From Minisyncoccota bacterium (GTDB lineage Bacteria > Patescibacteriota > Minisyncoccia > Phycocordibacterales > UBA9973), in contig JAQULK010000001.1 of the NCBI GenBank assembly GCA_028718635.1, forward strand, positions 607,834 to 671,833: DNA of 64,000 nucleotides, in the 5' to 3' direction. Below are positions 1 through 10,462 of this stretch, piece by piece. Both the position numbers and the translations under genes were made by a program. Position 1 is the first letter of the stretch. Each line of letters begins with the position of its first letter. The notes beneath the pieces were generated by a model. The model saw nothing but the letters and a program-made list of their open reading frames with translations. It had not been told where the DNA came from and did not search any database.

Positions 1-217
1 GCCTTCGATAATTGGCAAATTCTGCCCGCTCTTTCTGCCAGCCTGTCAAATATTCCTCTTTTTCGACTTTGCACGCCTTCAAATCAGCCCTGAATTTCTT
101 AAGAGTCTTCTTTAAATCTTCTTCCCCGTCTTCATTGAATTCAAACTCTAAAACTTCAGAATCGTCTTGTTTTATAGGCTCAATATTCTCTTGTTCCTTC
201 TTTTCTTCGTCTGGCAT
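1..217 (-). CDS. grpE: Nucleotide exchange factor GrpE, N-terminal part (runs off the window)
   Basis: Manual translation from the ATG at 217: MPDEEKKEQE...EKEEYLTGWQKERAEFANYRR, matching the GrpE R-A-E/D-F-x-N-Y-R-R motif; absent from the ORF track. Confidence 0.85.
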   Translation of the reverse strand, partial: MPDEEKKEQENIEPIKQDDSEVLEFEFNEDGEEDLKKTLKKFRADLKACKVEKEEYLTGWQKERAEFANYRR

Positions 218-241
218 GAACTCATATTATCATAAAAATAA

Positions 242-352
242 AAAAATAAAAAATAATGTTTTTAAGGGGTTTTGAGCGCGACGGCGCGAAAACTTCAGGA
301 TTTTTTAAGCTTCAAAAAATCCGTACCGACAAAAACATTATTTTTTATTTTT
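242..352. repeat. ~110-bp hairpin/MITE-like element, copy 1
   Basis: Terminal IR aaaaataaaaaataatgttttt/aaaaacattattttttattttt; the core is nearly identical to the reverse complement of 12314-12402. Confidence 0.8.
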
Positions 353-358
353 AGATAA

Positions 359-790
359 TTATCGTTTAGACCACTGCGGAGCTTTGCGAGCTTTTTTGAG
401 GCCGAATTTTCTGCGTTCTTTTGCTCTAGGGTCGCGTTTTAGGAAACCTAATTTTTTCAAACTTTCGCGCAAAGTAGAGTCTGATTCAATAAGAGCTCGA
501 GCAAGTCCATGACAGACTGCCTCGGCTTGGGAATGAATTCCCCCGCCGCAAACATGCGCTTCTACGCTCCATTTTATGTCTGGCTTGGTTCCGCCGGTTG
601 ATGTTCCTTTCATTATTGGATCCAAGATTAAACGACGCTGATCTTCCGTTTTAAAATATTCTCTAGCATCTTTGTCATTAACCACAAAACTGGCTTTGGA
701 TGCTTCGGTAATGCGTACTCTGGCAGTGGAAGTCTTTCTCCTCCCTACGGCTTCGATATATTTTTCTTTTTTTACTGTATCTTTATCCAT
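359..790 (-). CDS. rpsI: 30S ribosomal protein S9
   Basis: GRRKTSTARV and C-terminal RKAPQWSKR. Confidence 0.98.
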   Translation of the reverse strand: MDKDTVKKEKYIEAVGRRKTSTARVRITEASKASFVVNDKDAREYFKTEDQRRLILDPIMKGTSTGGTKPDIKWSVEAHVCGGGIHSQAEAVCHGLARALIESDSTLRESLKKLGFLKRDPRAKERRKFGLKKARKAPQWSKR

Positions 791-796
791 AAATTA

Positions 797-1195
797 TTAG
801 TCTTCAATTGTTAAATTTTTCATCATCATTCTTCTTAATTTATTTCCTGGAAGCATTTGAAATGTTGCAAGCTTGATCAGCTCTTTTAATCCTTTTTTCT
901 CTGCGGTTTCTGTGCCTTTTAAAATACGAAGCCCGCCGGGGATACCCGAATATCTGGTGTGATAAATTTCAGCTAATTTTTTTGGGGTGATGCGAAGCTT
1001 GCTCGCATTGATTATTTTTACAGGAAGACCGCAGTACTTATTGCGTTCAAAAGTCGCTTTGGTCTTGCCCATCAAAGACATAGCAACTTCGCTCGCCACT
1101 CTGCCTAGGGTTCTACCACCAGCATCTATTGTTTTTACCTCTCTCATTTCTTTTGCATCCTTGGCTTTTTTTGTTTTATTTTTTTCTGTTTTCAT
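797..1195 (-). CDS. rplM: 50S ribosomal protein L13
   Basis: IDAGGRTLGRVAS...LMGK, YHTRYSGIPGG; lies upstream of rpsI. Confidence 0.96.
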   Translation of the reverse strand: MKTEKNKTKKAKDAKEMREVKTIDAGGRTLGRVASEVAMSLMGKTKATFERNKYCGLPVKIINASKLRITPKKLAEIYHTRYSGIPGGLRILKGTETAEKKGLKELIKLATFQMLPGNKLRRMMMKNLTIED

Positions 1196-1220
1196 TTTTC
1201 AAAATTATATCAAAATAACT

Positions 1221-1574
1221 CTAGACAAATTCTATTATTGCCATCTTGGTGCCATCCGACTTTCTAGCCCCTAATTTTAAAATTCTCGTATAACCGCCTT
1301 TTTTATCAGCATATCTCGGAGCAATAACACCAAAAAGTTTTTTAACTTCAACACTACGATTCGAAAGCCTTGCAATTATTAATCTGCGCGTAGCCAAACT
1401 GCCTCCCTTTGCTCGAGTCACAAGCTTCTCCATAAATGGTCGCAATTCGCGAGCTTTAGGTTCGGTCGTTTTTATTTTTTCGCGCACAATCAAATTGAGC
1501 GCTAAAGAATTCAAAAGCGCTTTCTTTTGGTTTTTGTTTCTGCCGAATTTTCTTGTATTGTTGTGGTGTCGCAT
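1221..1574 (-). CDS. rplQ: 50S ribosomal protein L17
   Basis: MRHH...KFGR, IKTTEPKA, GGYTRILK. Confidence 0.98.
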   Translation of the reverse strand: MRHHNNTRKFGRNKNQKKALLNSLALNLIVREKIKTTEPKARELRPFMEKLVTRAKGGSLATRRLIIARLSNRSVEVKKLFGVIAPRYADKKGGYTRILKLGARKSDGTKMAIIEFV

Positions 1575-1575
1575 A

Positions 1576-2562
1576 TTATTCTTTTAAATTCAAACCAAAT
1601 TTATTTAAAACTTTTTTAATTTCGGTAATGCCTTTTTCTCCTATTCCCTCAATCTCAAGCAGGTCGTCTCTCTTTTTTCGAGCTAGGCCTCCCAAGGTTC
1701 GAATATTTGCGGAAGTAAGCGCATTTAATGTTCTAGTAGAGAGATCTAGGCTGTCCGTACGAGTTTTTAGGACATCGACAAAATCAGCCCCTTTTTTGTC
1801 TTCATCGTCATCTTTCTTATCTTTCCCGACCTTTGTCGGGATCCCGACTACGGTCGGGACTTCATCTAGAGGTTCCTTGAAATCAATAATGGCTTTCAGT
1901 TGATTTATCATAATTTCGATAGAGCGAGAAAGAGCTTCTCGAGCAGAGAGAGTGCCATCCGTCTCAATTGAAATTCTTAGACGATTGTGGTTTGTTTTAT
2001 CACCGACGCGCATATTTTCAACTTCATAAGAAACTCTGCGAATGGGAGAGAAGATCGCATCAACGGCAATGGTGCCAACGTCCAATTTTTCTTTTTGAAA
2101 GGCTTCTTTGGCGATAAAGCCCAAGCCTTTTTCTATTTTCATCTCTACGTTCAAATTTATTTTACCAGTAACTTCGGCTATGTGAAGTTCAGGATTTAAA
2201 ATTTCTACTTGGCCTCCGGTTTTTATGTCTCCTGCTAAAACATCCTTAGGGCCTTTTATGGAAAGTGTGACTATCTGAGGCTCGTCGGAAATCATTTTGA
2301 AACGGACTTTCTTTAAGTTTAAAATCATTACGATAACGTCTTCCTTGATTCCATCCATTGTTTGAAATTCATGGCTTACTCCATCTATCTTGATGGAAGT
2401 GATGCTGGCGCCTGGAAGAGAAGAAAGAATTATCCTTCTAAGACTGTTCCCTAGCGTATGGCCATATCCGGGAGACAAACCATCTATTTCAAATATTCCT
2501 TTATTGCCTTCCTCTAAAACAACGCGAGGTTTTGAAGGCATAATTATTTTATATTCAGGCAT
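1576..2562 (-). CDS. rpoA: RNA polymerase alpha subunit
   Basis: GYGHTLGNSLRRILLSS-like motif, alpha-CTD LSTRTLNAL; alpha-operon context. Confidence 0.98.
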   Translation of the reverse strand: MPEYKIIMPSKPRVVLEEGNKGIFEIDGLSPGYGHTLGNSLRRIILSSLPGASITSIKIDGVSHEFQTMDGIKEDVIVMILNLKKVRFKMISDEPQIVTLSIKGPKDVLAGDIKTGGQVEILNPELHIAEVTGKINLNVEMKIEKGLGFIAKEAFQKEKLDVGTIAVDAIFSPIRRVSYEVENMRVGDKTNHNRLRISIETDGTLSAREALSRSIEIMINQLKAIIDFKEPLDEVPTVVGIPTKVGKDKKDDDEDKKGADFVDVLKTRTDSLDLSTRTLNALTSANIRTLGGLARKKRDDLLEIEGIGEKGITEIKKVLNKFGLNLKE

Positions 2563-2633
2563 AATACTTTTTATAATTAATTTGTAATAATATTTATTTG
2601 CCTCACTCCTTTCAATAGGAAGGGCATACTAAT

Positions 2634-3236
2634 TTAACGACTGTAAAATTCAAGAACGGCATTAATATTAAGAAACGTTTCAATATTTTTCGGTTTGGCT
2701 AAAATACGCCCTTCCATATTATTTAAATCAAAACTGACCCAAGTCGGCGCCGTATAATCCTTTAATTTTTCTGCGAGATTGCTGAAAATTTTCTTGCCTT
2801 TGCTTCCTTCGCGAATTTTTATCACATCTCCCATCTTTACCTCGAAAGAAGGAACAGTCACCCGGTGATTATTTACAACAAAGTGTCCGTGAGAAACCAT
2901 TTGTCTGGCTGCACGTCGAGAGGCTGCAAGACCCATTCGATAAACCACATTATCTAGACGAGATTCCAGTCTTTCGTAAAGTTTGTCTGCGGTTCCGGCG
3001 CCTTTAACGCTGGAAACTTTTTTAACATAATTGGAAAACTGGCGTTCTGATATGCCATATGAAAATCGTATCTTTTGCTTCTCGATAAGCTGAACACCGT
3101 ACTCAGTAGGAGCTTTCGGACGTTTTCCTCCAGAAAAGGATTTTGAAGATGCAGCTGAAAATTTAGAAGTCTGACATTTATCATAAACGCCTGGACCAAG
3201 TCTTCTACATATTTTAAATTTGGGTTTTGTTATCAT
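2634..3236 (-). CDS. rpsD: 30S ribosomal protein S4
   Basis: LESRLDNVVYR, ARQMVSHGH; start moved to MITKPK (3236) because the longer ORF overlaps rpsK. Confidence 0.97.
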   Translation of the reverse strand: MITKPKFKICRRLGPGVYDKCQTSKFSAASSKSFSGGKRPKAPTEYGVQLIEKQKIRFSYGISERQFSNYVKKVSSVKGAGTADKLYERLESRLDNVVYRMGLAASRRAARQMVSHGHFVVNNHRVTVPSFEVKMGDVIKIREGSKGKKIFSNLAEKLKDYTAPTWVSFDLNNMEGRILAKPKNIETFLNINAVLEFYSR

Positions 3237-3243
3237 AAATTTT

Positions 3244-3702
3244 TTATACTCTTCTAGGTTTCTTAGCTTTTGGTCCATTATGAGGAACTGGTGTTGCATC
3301 TAATATAGAAGTAATTTCTATACCATGAGCCATAAAAGCTCGCACAGCAGGTTCCCTCCCGGACCCTACTCCTAAAATAACAGCGTCAGCATCTTTTACG
3401 CCCAAGGCTTCTGCCTTGCCGCCGACAATATCTCCCACCTTGGAAGCCGCAAACGGGGTTCCTTTCTTAGCACCCCTAAAACCTAAACTGCCGGCACTTG
3501 ACCAAAATAATGTATTGCCTAATTTGTCCGAAAAAAGAACTTTGGTATTATTAAATGTGGCTTCAACATGCAGCACACCAGAACTAATTTTCTTTTTGGC
3601 TGTTTTTCCTGCCTGTCCGGTAGGCAGGGATGAAACTTTTTTTGTTTCTTCTGCTGCAGTTTCTTCTTTATTTATTTCTGTTGCTATTTTATCTTTGGCC
3701 AT
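3244..3702 (-). CDS. rpsK: 30S ribosomal protein S11, with an in-frame LPTGQAG palindrome
   Basis: ATFNNT, KKGTPFAA, DATPVPHNGP; likely start MAKDK. Confidence 0.97.
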   Translation of the reverse strand: MAKDKIATEINKEETAAEETKKVSSLPTGQAGKTAKKKISSGVLHVEATFNNTKVLFSDKLGNTLFWSSAGSLGFRGAKKGTPFAASKVGDIVGGKAEALGVKDADAVILGVGSGREPAVRAFMAHGIEITSILDATPVPHNGPKAKKPRRV

Positions 3703-3773
3703 TTGTTTTTTAATTATCAATTACGAATTACGAATTTCAAATTATTAATTCGTAATTTTTAATTCCTCATTGA

Positions 3774-4154
3774 TTACGTCTTACTTTCTTTTCTCTTTCC
3801 TGAAGCCATTGTTTTTCTGACGTTCCCTCTAATCGTTCTAGAATTTGTTTTAGTGCGTTGTCCGCGAACTGGCAATCTTTTCATGTGACGTACTCCCCGG
3901 TAACTCTTTATATCTTTCAATCTTTTTATATTTGAAGCTATCTCTCTTTTTAAATTTCCTTCAATTGATATTTTCTCCACAATAGAACGAATGTTATTCT
4001 CTTCATCTAAGGTCAAATCTTTGGCTTTTTTCCCATGGTCAATATTTGCTTGATCTAAAATTTTACGAGCAGAAGAAATACCAATACCATACAGGCAAGT
4101 TAAACCTATCTCTAATCTTTTTTCATTTGGCACTGTAATTCCTAATATTCTCAT
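3774..4154 (-). CDS. rpsM: 30S ribosomal protein S13
   Basis: YRGVRH, LPVRGQRTKTNSRT. Confidence 0.98.
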   Translation of the reverse strand: MRILGITVPNEKRLEIGLTCLYGIGISSARKILDQANIDHGKKAKDLTLDEENNIRSIVEKISIEGNLKREIASNIKRLKDIKSYRGVRHMKRLPVRGQRTKTNSRTIRGNVRKTMASGKRKESKT

Positions 4155-4159
4155 ATAAA

Positions 4160-4270
4160 TTATTGTTTTTGTTTATGTTTAGGGTTGGAGCAAATTATCT
4201 TCAAATGCCTGGCTCTTTTAACCATTTTACAATTGGCACAAATTTTTTTTACTGCTGATTTTATTTTCAT
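4160..4270 (-). CDS. rpmJ: 50S ribosomal protein L36
   Basis: Manual translation MKIKSAVKKICANCKMVKRARHLKIICSNPKHKQKQ; lies between infA and rpsM. Confidence 0.95.
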   Translation of the reverse strand: MKIKSAVKKICANCKMVKRARHLKIICSNPKHKQKQ

Positions 4271-4416
4271 AAAAATTTCGAAAATTCAAATAATAAACAA
4301 GAAAAACAAGGAGAATACCCTTATTTTTCAATACTATAACTTTTTAAAACCTACAATTAATATAATACACTATTCTTTAAAAAAACACAACCTGTCTGTC
4401 GGCAGGCAGGCTCCTT

Positions 4417-4662
4417 TTACAATCTTTTAATTATTCTACCTTTTCCGCCATAAGGATCCAGCACCATCTCGACGGAATCTCCAATCAAAACTTTAATTCT
4501 GTGCATCCGCATTTTTCCTCCCAAATATGCTAAAATTTCTTTCTCCTCATCATTTACTCTTACTCTAAATAAAGTAGAGGGCAAAGCCTCAGTGACGATT
4601 CCTCGCGCTGTTTGTAATTTTTCCTGCCTGCCGGCAGGCAGGTCTTTTCGGAAGTCACTCAT
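4417..4662 (-). CDS. infA: Translation initiation factor IF-1, with an in-frame LPAGRQ palindrome
   Basis: GIVTEALPSTLFRV, GKMRMHRIKVLIGD. Confidence 0.97.
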   Translation of the reverse strand: MSDFRKDLPAGRQEKLQTARGIVTEALPSTLFRVRVNDEEKEILAYLGGKMRMHRIKVLIGDSVEMVLDPYGGKGRIIKRL

Positions 4663-4717
4663 GTATATGCCACAATTATAGTAAAATTAAACATTGGAGT
4701 CAAGATGGCAATCAATT

Positions 4718-5971
4718 TTACTTTGTATAATCCATCACCACTTTAATATTTTTAATTTTACTTGGAAGAGAAGATATCCACGGAGGACTCAATTTTACGA
4801 GCGCTGAATCAATATTCGGATATTTTAATAAAATTTGGTTAAAATCTTTTTTGGGTTTGTTTAATAAATCGGTGGTAAATTTATCCGCATCAAGTTTCCA
4901 AACAATTTTTGCGGGACCAGATAAATTAAAATCTATATTTTTCACGCTATCAAATAAAATATTCTCTTTATTGACAAGAGAAAAAGTCAGATCTTTGATG
5001 TTCGGTATGTACACATCGCTATTGTCATAATTTTCAATATTGTCTTTTGAAATTTTTTGGGTTAATTTCTGTTCATTAAAAATAATACCGTAAAGAGTAC
5101 CTGGAAGAGTTAGAACTACTGAACCATCGGGAGACACCGGACCAGCTATAAGATCATCGGTTTTTATAAAAGTGGCGTCTTTGTATAACAAAAATCCTGG
5201 AATTTGGCTCGAAATTTCATTAAAAAGTTTACTTTCTAAAATTGTCTTTAACTCCCCCTCTGTTTCTATTTTTTGTAAATCACTAACTTGACGAGACTTA
5301 CCGACAATCCCACCAGTTATATCTCCCATAGATCTACCATAGAACTTTTCATACTTAGCTGTTCCCTTAAAACCAAAAATTTTAAAATCAAGCGGAGAAC
5401 TATTGTAATCCGCCCCCTCTTTCTCTGCGTAAATATCGACACTAACCTGCCCCGGAGTGCCATTTTTACTCATTCCTGGAATTACTACCTTAGATATTAT
5501 TTTATAAATTTTTCCATTTGATCCGTCTAGACGGGTATCTACGCTGAGTATCTGAGAAGCTGAGCTGTATTTATTATAAAGAATAACTGTACCTTTTGCT
5601 TTTTCATAAAAATCTCCTTCTTCTAAAAAAATCGTTTTTGACACATCTCTTGAAATGTGGGTAAGCTCGAAAGGTAAAGTATCGGCATTCTCGTCGAGGC
5701 TAGCAGATAAATTTTTATTTAAAACAATATCTTTAGTTTTTAAACTCACCGAAACTTCCGCTTTTGCAAATAAAAACGAAAATGCAAAAAAACAAAATAT
5801 TATGGACGCCAATGCCACGAGCCAAAGCATGTAGCGATATTTATTTCCCGAAGGCTTCGTACCAACATCTGCCAAATAATCTATGCGCTCCGTCTTTGTC
5901 GGTTCTTTTTTAATAAGACGCCTTTTATTATTTTTTACTCGAACCATGTCTTCCAAAAGGTGCTTGGACAT
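4718..5971 (-). CDS. Single-TM membrane protein of unknown function
   Basis: 417-aa ORF, one hydrophobic segment near the N-terminus, abuts the upstream gene. Confidence 0.7.
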   Translation of the reverse strand: MSKHLLEDMVRVKNNKRRLIKKEPTKTERIDYLADVGTKPSGNKYRYMLWLVALASIIFCFFAFSFLFAKAEVSVSLKTKDIVLNKNLSASLDENADTLPFELTHISRDVSKTIFLEEGDFYEKAKGTVILYNKYSSASQILSVDTRLDGSNGKIYKIISKVVIPGMSKNGTPGQVSVDIYAEKEGADYNSSPLDFKIFGFKGTAKYEKFYGRSMGDITGGIVGKSRQVSDLQKIETEGELKTILESKLFNEISSQIPGFLLYKDATFIKTDDLIAGPVSPDGSVVLTLPGTLYGIIFNEQKLTQKISKDNIENYDNSDVYIPNIKDLTFSLVNKENILFDSVKNIDFNLSGPAKIVWKLDADKFTTDLLNKPKKDFNQILLKYPNIDSALVKLSPPWISSLPSKIKNIKVVMDYTK

Positions 5972-5973
5972 AA

Positions 5974-7155
5974 TTATTTTGAAATTAAGAAACGATTAAT
6001 GTAAACAGAATCAATAATCAGAGAAGCTTCGAGAGGCATATTATTTTTCAATATTGTAATCCCGTTGAGAATTTCTGCATTTAAAAAAATAATTTTGAAT
6101 TTTGATTCTGTTAAAGTATATTGGCTAAACTGTTCTGTTTTAATTGTTTCAGAAAAAAAATCTGTAAAATCTTTATCGACTACTATAAAAATAGTAGAGG
6201 GAATAGAAATATCATTCGACAAATTAGCTAAGGAATTTTGAAATTCCTTTAACCACTCTGTCCTAAGCTTATTTAAAACTGAAGCAAGTTTTTTAGCTAC
6301 AGATTCTTCTGCGTGGCCGTTTTTAAAAAGAGAGATAAAAGACTCAGCTTCATTCATAGAGCAACCCAGCTCCGAAGCGACACCACGTATTAAAAAATTG
6401 CACCCGAGAGGAAAAGACGCAGACTCGCGCAGGGTATTCTTCTTTATCATAGAAATGTCCGTCATCTCACCGCCTATTTTTAATAAAAGGAAATTCTCTT
6501 GTTCTAAATACATATCGCGCACTATTGTAAAAAAAGATAATAAGAACGAAGCAAATTTTATTTGTTTGAAATGAAAATATTTGCTTATCGTATCCTCGAT
6601 TTTCTTTAGCACTTGTTCCCCGCTCATCGAAACAAAAATATTCATCTCTAATTCTTTGGTTTTTTTATTTAGAGATTGAGGCGCTTCGTAGCCGTTTAAT
6701 AGTATTTTGATATTTTTCAATTCAATCATTCGAACTCTGTTGTCGGAATTGCCGTATTTCAACATATGTTCTTCTTCAAAAAGTTTTATTTCTTTTTGTA
6801 TTAATTCATCAGCCAATTTTTCAGTAAACACAAAAGGAGTGTTTTTTTTCAAATTAATTATCCTCGTCTGAGAAATACACCAAGGAGAAGACAACACGCA
6901 AAATATCTCTGAAGGCGCGCCTAGGCCTGCTTTATAAATTTTTTCAACGACAATTTCTAAAGATTTTATTGTGGATGATAAAAAATTATCGATATCAACT
7001 TTTTCTTCTATTTTTATCGGTTCTTTAACGGAGAAAATTATTTTTGGAATTCCAGAGCTTTGCGCCTCAAAAATCGCTCCGTCCACAGAAGAAGAACTGA
7101 CATTGAAAACTAGCATCAATTTATTTTTTTCTTGAAGTTTAGAAAAAATACCCAT
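5974..7155 (-). CDS. FtsA/actin-like fold protein (divergent)
   Basis: LVFNVSSSSV and LLKIGGEMTDISM resemble degenerate actin-ATPase phosphate motifs. Confidence 0.55.
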   Translation of the reverse strand: MGIFSKLQEKNKLMLVFNVSSSSVDGAIFEAQSSGIPKIIFSVKEPIKIEEKVDIDNFLSSTIKSLEIVVEKIYKAGLGAPSEIFCVLSSPWCISQTRIINLKKNTPFVFTEKLADELIQKEIKLFEEEHMLKYGNSDNRVRMIELKNIKILLNGYEAPQSLNKKTKELEMNIFVSMSGEQVLKKIEDTISKYFHFKQIKFASFLLSFFTIVRDMYLEQENFLLLKIGGEMTDISMIKKNTLRESASFPLGCNFLIRGVASELGCSMNEAESFISLFKNGHAEESVAKKLASVLNKLRTEWLKEFQNSLANLSNDISIPSTIFIVVDKDFTDFFSETIKTEQFSQYTLTESKFKIIFLNAEILNGITILKNNMPLEASLIIDSVYINRFLISK

Positions 7156-7313
7156 GTAAGGTAATTATAACAACAAATAGCAAACATAAACAAGTATATT
7201 TTAGTACAATTGACTTTTATTTTGATTAGTAATATACCTTTACTAGATCACCCTTGACAAAAAGTTTTAAATAACTCATAAAAACAAGACAATCAAACAA
7301 AAAGGAGCCAACC

Positions 7314-8567
7314 ATGAAAAGAATAGCGTCAGTAGCAGTATTACCTTTCCCGCTTACAGTTATATCATTGTTCAGTTACGGAATTTTGCATTTTTTGGGA
7401 CATGTAGATGACTGGACTCACGTTCGTTTTGCACAGAACATGGGAAATAAGACTCACAACTTATTTGGATGCCAAGAAAGAATCATCTACCTGTATAGTA
7501 AAGATTTACATTCCAAAATGCTTGAACTCTTGGAAGACAGTTGGCATCTCAAAAGGATCCTCCATTTTGCTCAGTGTGGAGGCAACAAACAAACCAAAAG
7601 TCTGTACGCAAGACTAGTGTCAGTACTAAGGAAACTAGACACTGAAGGCAGCAGGCGAGCAATTACCCAGACCTCTCTTTTAATCTCGGATCTTAGAAAT
7701 AAAAGCAGAGATATCTGGAAAGGTACCGAGGTTATGGAGACTTTTGTTCCTTTGCTCGAATCACTTGAGATAGCGCAACCTTTAGTTGCTTCCTATCCTC
7801 CCGATAAAAGATTCCTCTATCTCCCAGTATTTAAGGATAGAGGCGGAGCAACAAGAACCGAGGACGACGTAAATGATTATTTTGAAGTTGTGTTGTCCGA
7901 GGGTCGCATTTACGAGCTTAAAAACAAACGCGTTTCCATAGTCGTAGGGGGACCCAGCAGAAGTGGCAAAAGCACTTTGGCAGTGTCCCTTGTGGCCGAA
8001 ATGCAAAATTACATCAGGTCACTAAAGTCTAGACAAGGTTTCTCAGATCTAGAACTAAGTGTTGGTCTTGCAAACCTAGACTTAGCAACACCAACAACCC
8101 AAGCTATTGCTGAGAAATGGGCTACTGATCGTGAAAAAGTTGCAAGTTTGAAACGTCCGTGGAATATTGCGCTCGCAGAAGAAGCCCAACGAAATTTGTT
8201 CCAATGTCGAGAAGAAAACAATATTTCCATTGGAGACCTGCCGGGAGGCCGTGTTGACGATATCACTGAGCTTCTCGCAAGTAGCGCAGATGCTGCTATT
8301 ATTATCAGTAACGACTGGAATGTTTTCAAAGAAGAATGGAATCCTCTGTTTTGTCGCGTAGGATTGCCACTCGTTGCAAAGATAAGAAGCAGAAGAGCTG
8401 ATGAAGGCTTTTCCAGCCTAATTACAACAAGAGATCCGGGGAAAGCACTCATGGGAAGAATAAGTTCTCTCAATCGCTACACGAAATCCTGGGATTTATT
8501 TATTCAATGGTTGGCAGCTTTTCTGTTGTTTGAAATTCTACCAACACAGTTTGAGAAAGGTTCGTAG
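7314..8567 (+). CDS. P-loop NTPase-domain protein of unknown function
   Basis: Walker A GGPSRSGKST, later DLPGG; AAGGAG upstream; hairpin downstream. Confidence 0.7.
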   Translation: MKRIASVAVLPFPLTVISLFSYGILHFLGHVDDWTHVRFAQNMGNKTHNLFGCQERIIYLYSKDLHSKMLELLEDSWHLKRILHFAQCGGNKQTKSLYARLVSVLRKLDTEGSRRAITQTSLLISDLRNKSRDIWKGTEVMETFVPLLESLEIAQPLVASYPPDKRFLYLPVFKDRGGATRTEDDVNDYFEVVLSEGRIYELKNKRVSIVVGGPSRSGKSTLAVSLVAEMQNYIRSLKSRQGFSDLELSVGLANLDLATPTTQAIAEKWATDREKVASLKRPWNIALAEEAQRNLFQCREENNISIGDLPGGRVDDITELLASSADAAIIISNDWNVFKEEWNPLFCRVGLPLVAKIRSRRADEGFSSLITTRDPGKALMGRISSLNRYTKSWDLFIQWLAAFLLFEILPTQFEKGS

Positions 8568-8591
8568 TTCGTAAGCACAATCAATCGCAGA

Positions 8592-8622
8592 ACAGGGGTC
8601 AACGGTTTCCGTTGACCCCTGT
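8592..8622. terminator. Hairpin between convergent genes
   Basis: acaggggtcaacgg-ttt-ccgttgacccctgt. Confidence 0.7.
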
Positions 8623-8644
8623 ATTTAGTTAAATCCAGTAAAAC

Positions 8645-10462
8645 TTAAAATAAAGTGGCTTTGATACGTCTAACACCTTGCGCAACTGCTTCTTCTTTTT
8701 GAATTTTAAATTTGCCCAATTCACCCGTATTGGAAACGTGCGGACCTCCACAGAATTCTCTGCTGAAATATCCTGTTTTTTCGTCTCCGATGGAGTAAAC
8801 TTTTACCATTTCTCCATATTTTTCATTAAAAGAATGTGTAGCGATTTTTTCTGCATCTGCTTTAGGCATTTCCACAAAACCAACCGGCAACTTTTCCGCA
8901 ATTTTATCATTTACAATTTCTTCCACTTTCTTCTTTTCTTCTTCGGTCATTTTTTGCGAATGAGTAAAATCAAAACGCAATCGCTCGCCGGTAATATTGC
9001 TTCCTTTTTGCATTACATGATTGCCGAGTACTTGCTTCAAAGCAGCATTCAGTAAATGTGTAGCAGTATGCAATTTTTTAGCTTCTTCCCCGCCGTCTGC
9101 CAGCCCGCCTTTAAACATCCCAGCAGAAGCAGAACGGGATTTTTCCTGATGATCCTTCAAGGCTTTATTTATTTCATCTTCGTCTACTTTGAATCCTAAG
9201 TCTTTGGCGGTGTTGACCAACAGCTCGATGGGATTTCCGTGTCTTTCAAAAAGAGTAAAGATAAATAATCCGGAAGCCGTATTTTTGTCTTTTAATATCG
9301 GAATATCTCCTGCTTTTTTTATGTTGCCTAATTTTGCAGCTTCCAGGTCAATACGGTATCTTTCAATTCCGTCAAAAGGCTTTTTAAATAATTTTTCTTC
9401 CTCCCTGATAACTGAAATAATATGATCAAATTTATTTTTTATTTCAGGATAAACTTTGTCATAAATTTCAGATATTAGAGAATTAAGTTCAATCCAGAAA
9501 TTATCTGAAAGTTTGATAATTGAGGCTTTAGAAAAAACTCTCCGAAGAAGACGGCGCAAAATATACCCGCGGCCAGTGTTAAAAGGCGTGACCTCGTCTA
9601 TGATCATAAATACTGCTGTACGAAAATGATCAGCAATAATTCGAGCAGAACGCAAATCATAATTTGCGCTTTTTTCTTTTATTAAATCCATCAACGGCTT
9701 GAACAAATCCGTCTCAAAAATATCATCTTTCCCTTGCACTGCCATTACTACTCGCTCGAGGCCCGCTCCGGTATCTACATTGCTTTGTTTGAGTTTCCCA
9801 ATTACTTTCCCATCAAACTTTTCGTATTCCATGAAAACATCGTTCCAGATTTCAATAACTTTCTGCTCCCCGTCAGCTTTCATGTATTCTTCTTTACTTA
9901 AATCTCCCAATCCTTCTTGCGTGATATCATAAAACATTTCAGTGTCAGGTCCACAGGGGCCATTGTCCCCCACGCTCCACCAATTCGATTTTGCGCTCAT
10001 ATAATAAATGCGATTTTCAGGGATATATTTTTTCCAAATATTAAAAGCTTCCGTGTCTTTGGGTGCGTTTTCATCACCTTCAAATACAGTTACATAAAGA
10101 CGTTTTGGGTCCAACCCTAAACCTTCCTCTTTGGAAGTTAAAAATTCATAGCTCCATTTTATAGCTTCTTCTTTAAAATAATCTCCAAGAGACCAATTGC
10201 CCATCATTTCAAAAAAAGTGTCATGAGTTTTATCCCCCACTTCGTCTATGTCTTGAGTGCGCACACACTTCTGAATGTTTACTAATCTGCTACCCATCGG
10301 ATGCTCCTCTCCTAGAAGATATGGCACAAGAGGTTGCATACCTGCAGTATTAAATAAAACAGAAGGATCATTTTCGGGTACTAGAGAAGCAGAAGGAATT
10401 ATTTTATGTCCTCGACTTTCAAAAAATTTTAGAAACCTTAATCTAATTTCGTCTGATTGCAT
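8645..10462 (-). CDS. alaS: Alanine--tRNA ligase (short form)
   Basis: LFNTAGMQP, HDTFFEMMGNWS, DTGAGLER, HTATHLL, EFCGGPHV. Confidence 0.98.
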   Translation of the reverse strand: MQSDEIRLRFLKFFESRGHKIIPSASLVPENDPSVLFNTAGMQPLVPYLLGEEHPMGSRLVNIQKCVRTQDIDEVGDKTHDTFFEMMGNWSLGDYFKEEAIKWSYEFLTSKEEGLGLDPKRLYVTVFEGDENAPKDTEAFNIWKKYIPENRIYYMSAKSNWWSVGDNGPCGPDTEMFYDITQEGLGDLSKEEYMKADGEQKVIEIWNDVFMEYEKFDGKVIGKLKQSNVDTGAGLERVVMAVQGKDDIFETDLFKPLMDLIKEKSANYDLRSARIIADHFRTAVFMIIDEVTPFNTGRGYILRRLLRRVFSKASIIKLSDNFWIELNSLISEIYDKVYPEIKNKFDHIISVIREEEKLFKKPFDGIERYRIDLEAAKLGNIKKAGDIPILKDKNTASGLFIFTLFERHGNPIELLVNTAKDLGFKVDEDEINKALKDHQEKSRSASAGMFKGGLADGGEEAKKLHTATHLLNAALKQVLGNHVMQKGSNITGERLRFDFTHSQKMTEEEKKKVEEIVNDKIAEKLPVGFVEMPKADAEKIATHSFNEKYGEMVKVYSIGDEKTGYFSREFCGGPHVSNTGELGKFKIQKEEAVAQGVRRIKATLF

